A stretch of 64,000 nucleotides of DNA from Candidatus Obscuribacterales bacterium (GTDB lineage Bacteria; Cyanobacteriota; Vampirovibrionia; Obscuribacterales; Obscuribacteraceae). The translations under genes and the position numbers were made by a program. Positions within the stretch are counted from its first letter, which is position 1, and each line of letters starts with the position of its first letter. This document shows, one piece after another, positions 22,696 to 31,127 of this stretch. The DNA is taken from positions 832,001-896,000 of the forward strand of contig CBDDIJ010000005.1 of NCBI GenBank assembly GCA_965228855.1, in the 5' to 3' direction. The notes under the pieces were generated by a model that did no database searches, was not told the origin of the DNA, and saw only the letters and a program-made list of their open reading frames with translations.

Positions 22696-25600
22696 ATGCA
22701 AATTTGCGACGTGCTTGCAAAGCAAGGAGCCGGATTGTTCATGAAGTCAAGATTAGAAGAACGCGGAAACTCGAGGTCACATCTAGGCAGCGGCAAGGAT
22801 GCGCTGCAGCTGGCGCGCACGCTAGCTCTGGCGACTGCACTGTCGTTCATCGTGCAACCACTGACGGTACCGGTTTTTGCCCAAACAAAATCGACGAAGG
22901 ACGTCAGCAAAATTTCATTTCGCCTGTTAGCTCAGACGAAGTCAGATTCCGAAGACGCTGATGCTGACGAAGCTAAGAAGGACGCGGACAAGTCTAAAAA
23001 AGACGCGGATAAAGCCAAGAAGGAAGCGGATAAGAAGGCAAAGGAAACAGCGAAAAAAGCTGCAGACGAAGCTAAGAAAGCGGCTAATGATGCGAAAAAA
23101 GCGGCAGATGAAGCCAAGAAGGCCAAAGCTAAAAAAGATGACAAAGTAACTAAAGCAGATAAGGCATCAGACAAGGACACGAAAAAAGCGGAAGAGAAAA
23201 AGGCTGAAGAAGAGCCCGCCAAGGAAGCAGCAGCAAAGGCGAAAAAGAAAAGTTGGTTTGGTGGCAAAGGCGCTGAAAAACCGGTCGAAAGCGGAGAAGT
23301 AACCGAGCCGACCGTTTCCGTCGAGAAAAAGGCAGTTCCCGTCAAACCAGCTACTAATGCAGCGAAAGCCGCATCAGACGCAGCCGCCAAGTCGAACCCA
23401 AAAGCATCGACAAAGCCCACCGCTCCCAACGCAGCGAAGCCGGCAAGCGTGGTGACACCAACAGAGACCACAGCTGACGCCCCGCTAGAAAAGCCGGTTC
23501 TTTTGCCGGACAAAGCACTCGTCAGCGTGCTTGAGGACATTTCAAAATCTCTTTCCGACGTCAATAGCGACTCCGGCGTTGAGACTGCAGACGAAAAGGT
23601 TATCGTCGGTATTGCAAAGCAGGTTCTCGACAAAGCAATTGAATCGAGTGAAACACAACACGGAAGAATTCTCGCTCCCGAGCACAGCTCGGCAGCAAAA
23701 AATTCGATGACAACAGAAGCCTGGGCTTCAGGAGATATCGCAATCTCCGACAAGCTGCGCGGTTCGGTCGCAACGGTTTGGGGCAAGCGTATAAATGGAT
23801 CTTTGCATGTCACCATAGCTGGTGAATGCAACGACAAAGTTTTATCAAACGGCGAAAAAGTCGGCGAGTTTATCGTGGTGATCAAAGGACGGTCACCAGT
23901 CAAGAGCGGCTTCGATATTCAGACTCAATCGGACGTTTCATACTGGATCGGCACGCTGAGCAACGTCACGGTCGACAATGCGGTTCTTCGATTGAAAGAT
24001 CAAGAGAGCGACGAAGAGAACGCTGAAAAAGCTCCGGCGGAAAAACCGGCTGAGACCAAAGGCGAAGTAAAAAAAAAGTCCGTAGTAGTTCTTGAGGCGA
24101 TTCTAACCAGACGGGGACTGGAATATCTTCAGGCCCTGGCGCGCTACGAACATCAACAACAAACCCTGATCGCTCTGCAAGCAGCAGAGGCGACTTTGAC
24201 CGACGCGGACGATGACACCATGGATGATGCCGACGCGCGCTCATCCGGTGACGAGGTTAAACCGTCCAAATCCTCAAAAACAGACGATGACGAAGACGAG
24301 ACGGCTCAGTCCGACTCGGACGACGATGAATCCGTTGCAAGCCGCTCCAAAGCGGACAGTGATGACGAGAAGATCTCACGACGATCCAAGTCAGAAAACG
24401 ATGACGATAAGAGCGCAAGACGCTCTAAATCGGATGATGAAGATGTTGATGATGACGAGAAGGTCGCAAAACGCTCGAAGTCAGCGGCTGAAGACGAAGG
24501 CAGCAAGAGTCGCTCGAAGTCGGATGATGGCGATGAAAACGATGGAGACAAAGCCAAAACCGGCAAAATAGCAAGTACCAAAACGCAAGATAAAGCCAAG
24601 ACTGCTGATTCCGAGAAAACCTCTGCAACCGGCGCCCGAAACGATAAAGACAAGGCACCCAAAACGCCTGACGATAGGAACAAAACAGCGCGCACCAGGG
24701 ATGATGACGACTTCAGCCCGGGTCGCGTAGCGTTTGCGCAGAAAACCGACGAAGACTCGAAACCGATATCACAAAGTCCCGCGACCAAAGCGGTCGATTC
24801 TGCATGGCGCGACGATTGGTCTAAAGACGGCGGAAGTGAATCGCGCAAGTTGACGACAGTTCAGACCTCCGTCCCGTCGACAGTCTCTGAGACAAAGATT
24901 GCCAGTTCGCAAATCGTCACTCCGACGACGTCCGCTGCAACGCATTCAACAAACACGCCATCATTGACCAGAATTTCGATGGCGCCACCATCACCAGCCT
25001 CCGCTACAGGCTTCAACAGAGCCTGGGAAAGTCCAGCTGTGAATACGGCTCCGCATGCACCCAGTTTAGATGCCAGTCTGTTGATTCCAGAACGAGCAAT
25101 TGCCGGGCAGTTTCTTACGGTAGTCGTCCAAACCAAAGATCATCAACCGGAGCGAGCGGTAGAACTGAGCTTCAACGGTGCAACACTCGCCACCGATATG
25201 AATGGACAAGTATCATATATGGTGCCGGACGACATGCCACCAGGTCATACTCTGCACATCGGTCTAGCGGAGCGCCCGGAGCTCAACCCGCGCGTGGTCG
25301 ATATTCTCCAACCTCTCGATGACTCAAGAGGTCAGAAGTCTCCGCGGATAGATCGCGTTTCACAAGTTGTAGCCGCAGATGGCGTTCTCGTTGTCGACGG
25401 ACATGATTTCGATGGTTTCGCGGAGCGCAACCGGCTGGTTATAGACAACGAACACCCAGCCAAAGTGATCGCTGCGTCACCCGTTCAGCTGCGGGTTCTC
25501 GTACCTTCGAAACTTACACCAGGCACGCACTCGGTCACTATAAACAGTACGGATCTCCGAAGCGCACCGGCAAAGTTTGATTTCGTGAAAGCTGAAATCG

Positions 25601-25836
25601 AACAACAAGATCTGAGAAAAACCAAAGGCGTCCTCAGTAAAATCACGGTTAGGGTGCAAGGAACAAAACAGCCGATCGCAGTGCGTGTTATAAACAAAAC
25701 GCCTGATATAATCAAATTCTCCAGAGGAGATAATCTTCTCGTCACCACATCCGGTGGCGCAGACAACTCCTATATCGTCGGCGTTAAACAGTTAAAGAAA
25801 GGCGACTACAAAGTCGAGGCATCCCCGGAAATTTAG
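22696..25836 (+). CDS. Large secreted low-complexity protein with C-terminal IPT/TIG-like Ig domains
   Basis: Signal peptide; K/A- and D/S-rich tracts; PRIDRV..LVVDGHDF...AKVIAASPVQLRVLVP. Confidence 0.7.
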   Translation: MQICDVLAKQGAGLFMKSRLEERGNSRSHLGSGKDALQLARTLALATALSFIVQPLTVPVFAQTKSTKDVSKISFRLLAQTKSDSEDADADEAKKDADKSKKDADKAKKEADKKAKETAKKAADEAKKAANDAKKAADEAKKAKAKKDDKVTKADKASDKDTKKAEEKKAEEEPAKEAAAKAKKKSWFGGKGAEKPVESGEVTEPTVSVEKKAVPVKPATNAAKAASDAAAKSNPKASTKPTAPNAAKPASVVTPTETTADAPLEKPVLLPDKALVSVLEDISKSLSDVNSDSGVETADEKVIVGIAKQVLDKAIESSETQHGRILAPEHSSAAKNSMTTEAWASGDIAISDKLRGSVATVWGKRINGSLHVTIAGECNDKVLSNGEKVGEFIVVIKGRSPVKSGFDIQTQSDVSYWIGTLSNVTVDNAVLRLKDQESDEENAEKAPAEKPAETKGEVKKKSVVVLEAILTRRGLEYLQALARYEHQQQTLIALQAAEATLTDADDDTMDDADARSSGDEVKPSKSSKTDDDEDETAQSDSDDDESVASRSKADSDDEKISRRSKSENDDDKSARRSKSDDEDVDDDEKVAKRSKSAAEDEGSKSRSKSDDGDENDGDKAKTGKIASTKTQDKAKTADSEKTSATGARNDKDKAPKTPDDRNKTARTRDDDDFSPGRVAFAQKTDEDSKPISQSPATKAVDSAWRDDWSKDGGSESRKLTTVQTSVPSTVSETKIASSQIVTPTTSAATHSTNTPSLTRISMAPPSPASATGFNRAWESPAVNTAPHAPSLDASLLIPERAIAGQFLTVVVQTKDHQPERAVELSFNGATLATDMNGQVSYMVPDDMPPGHTLHIGLAERPELNPRVVDILQPLDDSRGQKSPRIDRVSQVVAADGVLVVDGHDFDGFAERNRLVIDNEHPAKVIAASPVQLRVLVPSKLTPGTHSVTINSTDLRSAPAKFDFVKAEIEQQDLRKTKGVLSKITVRVQGTKQPIAVRVINKTPDIIKFSRGDNLLVTTSGGADNSYIVGVKQLKKGDYKVEASPEI

Positions 25837-25846
25837 CGAAATAACA

Positions 25847-27181
25847 ATGAAACCAATAACTGCAACCCCCTCAATAGAAGCTCCGATCTCAAGCAAACTT
25901 TCGAAGGAAATAGAGGAGTTTATACCAGGGGGAGTAAACAGCCCGTTTCGCTCCTTCCACGAAGTCGGTGGGCACACGATTTTCGTTGACCGCGGCGCGG
26001 GCTCAAAGGTTTACGATGCGGATGGAAACGAATACATAGACTATGTCGGAGCCTGGGGTCCCGCTATTTTGGGACATGGCAATGAAAAGATTGCCAACGC
26101 AGTAACTGAAGTGATCAAGCACGGACCATTGTTCGGCGCTCCGCATAAGCTAGAACTCGAACTTGCGAAAAAAATCGTCGAGACTGTCCCGAGCATCGAT
26201 ATGATTCGGTTTGTGAACTCTGGAACGGAAGCAGTGATGAGCACCATCAGGCTCGCCAGAGGTTTCACCGGCAAAGATTTGATTGTGATGTTCGAGGGCT
26301 GTTACCACGGACACAGTGATTCTGTTTTAGCATCAACGAAACACAAACACAGCTCCGGGATTCCCGACGGATCATCCCAGAATACAATCACCTGCCCGTT
26401 CAACGACCTGGAAGCGCTAGACAGGTGTCTAGCCAATCACAAAGGCAAAGTCGCTGGAGTAATTATTGAACCAGTTGCCGGCTCGATGGGCGTCGTTGCA
26501 CCACAACCGGGTTATCTCGAGGGACTGCGAGAGCTCTGCACCAAATACGGTGTCGTCTTGATTTTCGATGAGGTGCTGACCGGATTCAGAATCGCGTATG
26601 GCGGAGCTCAGCTCCTATACGACGTGGAGCCGGATCTGACTTGTTACGGCAAGGCGTTGGGAGGCGGCATGCCGATTGGTGCTTATGGTGGTAAGCGCGA
26701 GATCATGCGCAAGTTGATGCCGATAGGAGACGTTTATCAGGCAGGCACATTCTCCGGAAATCCAGTCACGATGGCTGGCGCCATAGCCATTCTGGAACAG
26801 CTATCAGACCCAAAGGCGTACGACATTTTGGAAGAGCGCTCGAAGCAGATGTTCGAGGGAGTAGCGCAATCTGTTTCAAACATAAACAAACAGAGGTCGG
26901 CGGCTGGCATCAACAGCCCGATTCCGCTGCAACTGGCACGCGTAGGCTCGATGTTTGCGTTTCTCTTTTCACCACATCCGGTGACAAATTTCGAAGAGAG
27001 CAAATCAATCGACGCAGAGATTTTCGCGAAGTTTTTCCACGACATCCTCGCAAATGGCATTATGCTGCCGCCCACCGCGGTCGATGCGGCCTGCCTGTCG
27101 GTCATGCACTCGCAAGAGGATATCCAGCGTACAGTAGCGGTATGCGAACAGGCGCTCACCAAGCTGTTTGTAAAAGCATAA
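25847..27181 (+). CDS. hemL: Glutamate-1-semialdehyde 2,1-aminomutase family (HemL-like)
   Basis: PGGVNSP, DYVGAWGP, NSGTEA, GCYHGH, FDEVLTGFR, PLP lysine GKALGGG, QAGTFSGNP. Confidence 0.8.
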   Translation: MKPITATPSIEAPISSKLSKEIEEFIPGGVNSPFRSFHEVGGHTIFVDRGAGSKVYDADGNEYIDYVGAWGPAILGHGNEKIANAVTEVIKHGPLFGAPHKLELELAKKIVETVPSIDMIRFVNSGTEAVMSTIRLARGFTGKDLIVMFEGCYHGHSDSVLASTKHKHSSGIPDGSSQNTITCPFNDLEALDRCLANHKGKVAGVIIEPVAGSMGVVAPQPGYLEGLRELCTKYGVVLIFDEVLTGFRIAYGGAQLLYDVEPDLTCYGKALGGGMPIGAYGGKREIMRKLMPIGDVYQAGTFSGNPVTMAGAIAILEQLSDPKAYDILEERSKQMFEGVAQSVSNINKQRSAAGINSPIPLQLARVGSMFAFLFSPHPVTNFEESKSIDAEIFAKFFHDILANGIMLPPTAVDAACLSVMHSQEDIQRTVAVCEQALTKLFVKA

Positions 27182-27411
27182 ATTGATCTACTTTATATAA
27201 TCGCAACTACAAAAGATAAGAACGTCTTGCTTGAGCTGTGTCGGTTTGGGCACTGCTCTGGGTCGATTTGGCTCGTGAAAGAAAACGTTTCGAACTGACG
27301 TCGCTTAAGGCCGGGCTATCATCAATATAAAGCAATTAGACTCATCGGTCGCCGATTGAATAGACCTCAACTTACCCATAACTCGATATTTTAAGAGTAC
27401 ACGAGCCTCTC

Positions 27412-27442
27412 TTGACAAATAATTAGACTAGACAGTATGATT
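27412..27442 (+). promoter_or_regulatory. Promoter TTGACA-N18-TATGAT overlapped by a putative TetR operator
   Basis: AATTAGACT-AGAC-AGTATGATT (27421-27442) matches the site upstream of tetR. Confidence 0.6.
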
Positions 27443-27485
27443 TCTATATCAAGGGTCGACATATTGACGAATCTGAGGAAATTGC

Positions 27486-27767
27486 ATGAGAGAATTTCAC
27501 ACCCTGAGCTCTGCTTGCTTTAGTAAGTCACCAGGCGATTTCGGTAACGGGTCATGCCAATTCTATCGGCTTATGGCCTTCGTTGTGCCCTTTATGGCGC
27601 TCACGATAACCGGTTTGGTTTGTCAGAGTTATTCAATAATCGTTGCCCCAACAATAGGGCTTCTCGCCGGGTGCACCAGTTTTGGACTGTACAGTGCAAT
27701 CAAGTTCCTCCGTACCGTTCGAGCGACCGTGCCGGTTCGCGTAGACAGAGCAGAAGCACACTACTAA
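27486..27767 (+). CDS. Small two-TM hypothetical protein
   Basis: GAGG RBS, upstream promoter and operator, two hydrophobic segments. Confidence 0.55.
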   Translation: MREFHTLSSACFSKSPGDFGNGSCQFYRLMAFVVPFMALTITGLVCQSYSIIVAPTIGLLAGCTSFGLYSAIKFLRTVRATVPVRVDRAEAHY

Positions 27768-28086
27768 AAACAATGATACGAACACACAAATGCTCGACAG
27801 CAGAGAAAAACCGACTGCGCTACCAGGAACGCAGCAGGTCAACACTCTGTCTGGCACTCGATGAGCGCTCTGGGCAGCGTTCGAATGCACGCGAATGCAA
27901 ACGTCTGTAATCGAACGACGCCTTGAGCGCTAAATCGAGCGCAGTTTCTAAATTATGAACTGGCTTCGCCAAAGTTTTTTTGTCCCCAACAAGAATGCAT
28001 GAATCGCTGTGCGAAACAGACTTGCGGCAACGCGAGTCTGTTTCAATCTTTAAAGACGCTCCTGGAGACCGTTGCGGAGAATAGAA

Positions 28087-28692
28087 TTAACGCGCGCGTT
28101 TCGCTTGTTCCGCCGCAAAAAGAACCAACTCCAACAGCGATGACGCGAGACGTTCGCGTCCCAGCGGCATCGAGTATTTACCGTTCAGAATCTCCTGAGA
28201 GATCATGAAGTTCACCAGGGCACCATGGATGATGCGCGCAACCGCTTCAGGATCCGAGAAGTTTAGATTTGGACTTTCGCGTATGTAATGCGCGAGACTC
28301 TCGATTCCCGGGCGCACGAGCTTTGTCAGGTACATGTCGGCCAACTCCGGAAATCGCCCCGACTCAGCGATTATCATGCGAATCATACCAACGTATTCAG
28401 GGTCATCCATGCGTTGCAATGCTATCTGAGTCATCGTTCGAAAAAACGCGGGCGGTTCAAGTTCCATCAACTCGGCAGTCATTCCGGCCAGCACAAATCG
28501 CTCCATGAGCCGGTCCACGAGCGCCGCAAACAAAGTTTCTTTGTCCTTGAAGTACGTATAGACCGTCTGCTTCGCGACACCACCCTCGGCGGCAATCACG
28601 TCCATATTCGCAGCGTAACCGTCTCGGAGGAAAGCACGCAACGCCCCCTCTAAAATCTTCTCGCGCTTCTTGGCTTGACGTTCTTCGGTCAT
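28087..28692 (-). CDS. TetR/AcrR family transcriptional regulator
   Basis: KILEGALRAF..GY...MDVIAAEGGVAKQTVYTYFKDKETLF HTH; ESGRFPELA C-domain. Confidence 0.93.
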   Translation of the reverse strand: MTEERQAKKREKILEGALRAFLRDGYAANMDVIAAEGGVAKQTVYTYFKDKETLFAALVDRLMERFVLAGMTAELMELEPPAFFRTMTQIALQRMDDPEYVGMIRMIIAESGRFPELADMYLTKLVRPGIESLAHYIRESPNLNFSDPEAVARIIHGALVNFMISQEILNGKYSMPLGRERLASSLLELVLFAAEQAKRAR

Positions 28693-28697
28693 CGTAT

Positions 28698-28719
28698 AAT
28701 CATACTACGCAGTCTGATT
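28698..28719 (-). promoter_or_regulatory. Putative TetR autoregulatory operator overlapping a TATGAT -10
   Basis: Minus strand AATCAGACT-GCGT-AGTATGATT, 5 nt before the tetR ATG. Confidence 0.6.
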
Positions 28720-28747
28720 TCCAGCGATACTCCATTCAATGAATCTA

Positions 28748-28902
28748 TTTTGGCAACGAGGCGTTGCCGGATTTTCGGAAATGCGTCATAGCCAGATAGA
28801 CAAGCCGGGAAATTTAATAGGCGGCGAAGGGCACTGAGCCACGAAACCCTGATTCAGTGGGCCTTTGGGGAGAAGCTTGGCACGCCGGCATATAGTAGGA
28901 AG
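28748..28902. repeat. Intergenic repeat copy 1 (uninterrupted; empty IS110 target)
   Basis: Near-identical to 28913-28951 joined to 30217-30332; contains GGCAACG-AGG-CGTTGCC hairpin. Confidence 0.9.
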
Positions 28903-28965
28903 GTTCACTGGCTTTTGGCAACGAGGCGTTGCCGGATTTTCGGAAAAGCGTTGTACGTTAGAGAT

Positions 28966-29200
28966 TGACAGCAGACCCAATCAATTGACACCAGGTCCTG
29001 CTGTCGGCAAGGCTATCCGAGGACGCGAGGATAGAGAAACGGAAGAAACCAGGAAAAAGCGTATGACCGCGAAGTCAGGCTATGAGGTTTGGACTTCCGT
29101 TTCTGTCTTGTCCTCTGAGGCTGAACACTATCAGATGCAAATCCTAGAACGATTTAGCATGCGTACAAGGCTCGCCCTGACAAGATTCTATCCGCGTCCT
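28966..29200 (+). ncRNA. Predicted bridge RNA of the IS110 element
   Basis: 5' hairpin plus target-binding and donor-binding internal loops with guides matching the flanks and the circle junction (see findings). Confidence 0.85.
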
Positions 29201-29233
29201 GTGTAGGTTGGCAAGTCTAAATGGAGGCGCATC

Positions 29234-30199
29234 GTGATATCACTTGGGATAGACATCTCTAAAGAGACTGTGGATTGCTATCTGCTCTCGGAACGAGGGC
29301 GGAAGTTGCACGCTGACAACTCTGACAGCGGATTTCGGCGAATTGAGAAGTGGCTGAATCAGCACACCGAAAGCGAAGTACAAATTTGCATGGAGGCCAC
29401 TGGAAAGCTCTGGGAGCCACTCGCAGAATACTTCTGCGACAAAGGTTTTGCCGTCAGCGTCGTCAATCCTGTTCAGATCAAAAACTTTGGCAAAAGCCTG
29501 TTGAAGCGTTCAAAGACGGACGCAATTGATGCCGAGGTAATCGCACAGTTTTGCAAACTGATTCAACCGAAGACCTGGACGCCCCTCCCGGACGTGGTCC
29601 GGAAGATTCGCAACATTGAGCGTCACATTGATGCGCTCAAGACCGACCGAACCAGAACCGTGAATCGTACCGAGTCCGGTCGGCTCGACGAACCTGTGAG
29701 TATCTCGCTTCAGCGGCAAATCGAATTCATCAACAATGAGATTTTGCTGCTGGAACAGGCTCGAGACCTCTTGATCAAGTCCGAACCGCAATTTCAGAAC
29801 GATCTCGCCTTACTGCAAACCATCCCTGGAGTCGGTTTGATCTCGGCACTCACGTTTCTCACGGAAATTTCCGGCTTGGATTCCTTCGAGTCGTTGAGAG
29901 AAGTCGAGAGCTACTGCGGCTTGACTCCGGAATTGCGCGAGTCTGGAACTTCTGTTCGAGGGCGTCCGAAGATGTCTAAGAAAGGCTGCAAGCGCCTCCG
30001 GAAAGTTTTCTACATGGCGTCTCTGAGCGCAGTTCGATCAAACCCTGCCATTCAAAAATTCGCGACAAAGTTGGCAGAGAAGTGCAAACCAAGGAAAGTC
30101 ATCTTGTGCGCCGCCATGCGCAAGCTACTTCGCATCATGATGGCGATCTACAGGACAAAGACACCATTTAATCCCAATCATCTAAGCGTTCATTGTTGA
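29234..30199 (+). CDS. IS110 family recombinase/transposase
   Basis: DEDD RuvC-like motifs GIDISK, CMEATG, KTDAID; C-terminal IPGVG and GLTPELRESGTS (catalytic Ser); GGAGG RBS; uninterrupted 321 aa. Confidence 0.95.
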   Translation: MISLGIDISKETVDCYLLSERGRKLHADNSDSGFRRIEKWLNQHTESEVQICMEATGKLWEPLAEYFCDKGFAVSVVNPVQIKNFGKSLLKRSKTDAIDAEVIAQFCKLIQPKTWTPLPDVVRKIRNIERHIDALKTDRTRTVNRTESGRLDEPVSISLQRQIEFINNEILLLEQARDLLIKSEPQFQNDLALLQTIPGVGLISALTFLTEISGLDSFESLREVESYCGLTPELRESGTSVRGRPKMSKKGCKRLRKVFYMASLSAVRSNPAIQKFATKLAEKCKPRKVILCAAMRKLLRIMMAIYRTKTPFNPNHLSVHC

Positions 30200-30374
30200 C
30201 AGCGAACACACTACCTCATAGCCAGATAGACAAGTCGGGAAATTTAGCAGGCGCCGAAGTGTACTGAGCCACGAAACCCTGATTCAGTGGGACTTTTCGG
30301 AGAAGCTTGGCACGACGACATATAGTAGGAAGTCTGAGAGAAGAAAGCCGGCAGGCGGCTTTCCATCGCGCGAC

Positions 30375-31127
30375 TTAGAACGTCGAGCGCATCTTGAACA
30401 GATCGGAGAATGTTTCCCAGATGACTGAGAACTTGCCGCCCGAGGCGCCCTGCGTCAATCTCGGCAGGTGGTCGATCGGAATTTCGATTACTTTGAAGCC
30501 GGCACGCTCTGCTCTGATGCAAAGTTCAGCATCGACGAACGGAGTGTACGAGCGCAAAGTTACTTTGTCGAGAATGGCTTTGCGGAAGAGTTTGATCGAA
30601 TTCACATCTTTATGGCGGTGTCCGTAGAGGACGCGCAGCATCAAGTTATAAACTGCGGATTGGAGCTTGCGGCGCGGCGGATCGTTTCGGTTTACTCTCC
30701 AACCGATGACGAAATCGTGGGTCTTAAGCCCTTCCGCCATAGCGATCAATTCTTTCGGAGCGTACTGATAATCGCCCGGAAGCGAGAATACAAATTCTTT
30801 GGTGCCGGCATGATAGAGTTCGTGAATGGTGGCACCGAACCCTTTATTCACCGGGTGGTTGATCAGGCGAACATGCGGATTGGTGCGGCATTTCGCTTCA
30901 ATCTTTTCAAGCGTTTTATCGCGACTACCATCATTGCAAACAACGATCTCAAAATCCTCGCAGATTTCAGACAACAGCGTGGAGCCGTCATCGATCAGGC
31001 GACCGATGGTTTCCTCGTCGTTGTACGCCGGGATGATGAGCGAAACAGAACTGAGTTGAATCAGTCCGTTTCCGTTAGCTGATAGAACCGGATTTTGCTG
31101 CGACTTCATAGGATTGTGTACCGGCAT
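30375..31127 (-). CDS. Glycosyltransferase family 2
   Basis: SLIIPAYNDE, NDGSRD, NKGFG, GDYQY; start may be ATG 31109. Confidence 0.9.
   Translation of the reverse strand: MPVHNPMKSQQNPVLSANGNGLIQLSSVSLIIPAYNDEETIGRLIDDGSTLLSEICEDFEIVVCNDGSRDKTLEKIEAKCRTNPHVRLINHPVNKGFGATIHELYHAGTKEFVFSLPGDYQYAPKELIAMAEGLKTHDFVIGWRVNRNDPPRRKLQSAVYNLMLRVLYGHRHKDVNSIKLFRKAILDKVTLRSYTPFVDAELCIRAERAGFKVIEIPIDHLPRLTQGASGGKFSVIWETFSDLFKMRSTF

Larger units (their letters stand above)
28952..30216 (+). mobile_element. IS110-family insertion sequence (1265 bp, IS621-like organisation)
   Basis: Boundaries set by comparison with the empty repeat copy (GCGT|CATAG); long 5' non-coding end, short 3' end, no TIRs or TSD. 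Confidence 0.92.
28913..30332. repeat. Intergenic repeat copy 2, split by IS110 (28913-28951 and 30217-30332)
   Basis: Direct alignment to copy 1; 165-bp period. Confidence 0.9.

Noticed and set aside
20701..24848. Long antisense ORFs (20701-21366, 22932-23903, 24306-24848)
   Set aside because: Shadows of low-complexity S/T-, K/A- and D/S-rich coding on the + strand.
28865..29206. 113-aa ORF upstream of the IS110 transposase
   Set aside because: It crosses the element boundary and overlies the predicted bridge RNA, with no protein-like features.
28787..30332. 116-bp direct repeats as an IS target-site duplication
   Set aside because: The copies are diverged, the left one is not adjacent to the element, and IS110 elements do not make TSDs. 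They belong to a pre-existing tandem repeat.
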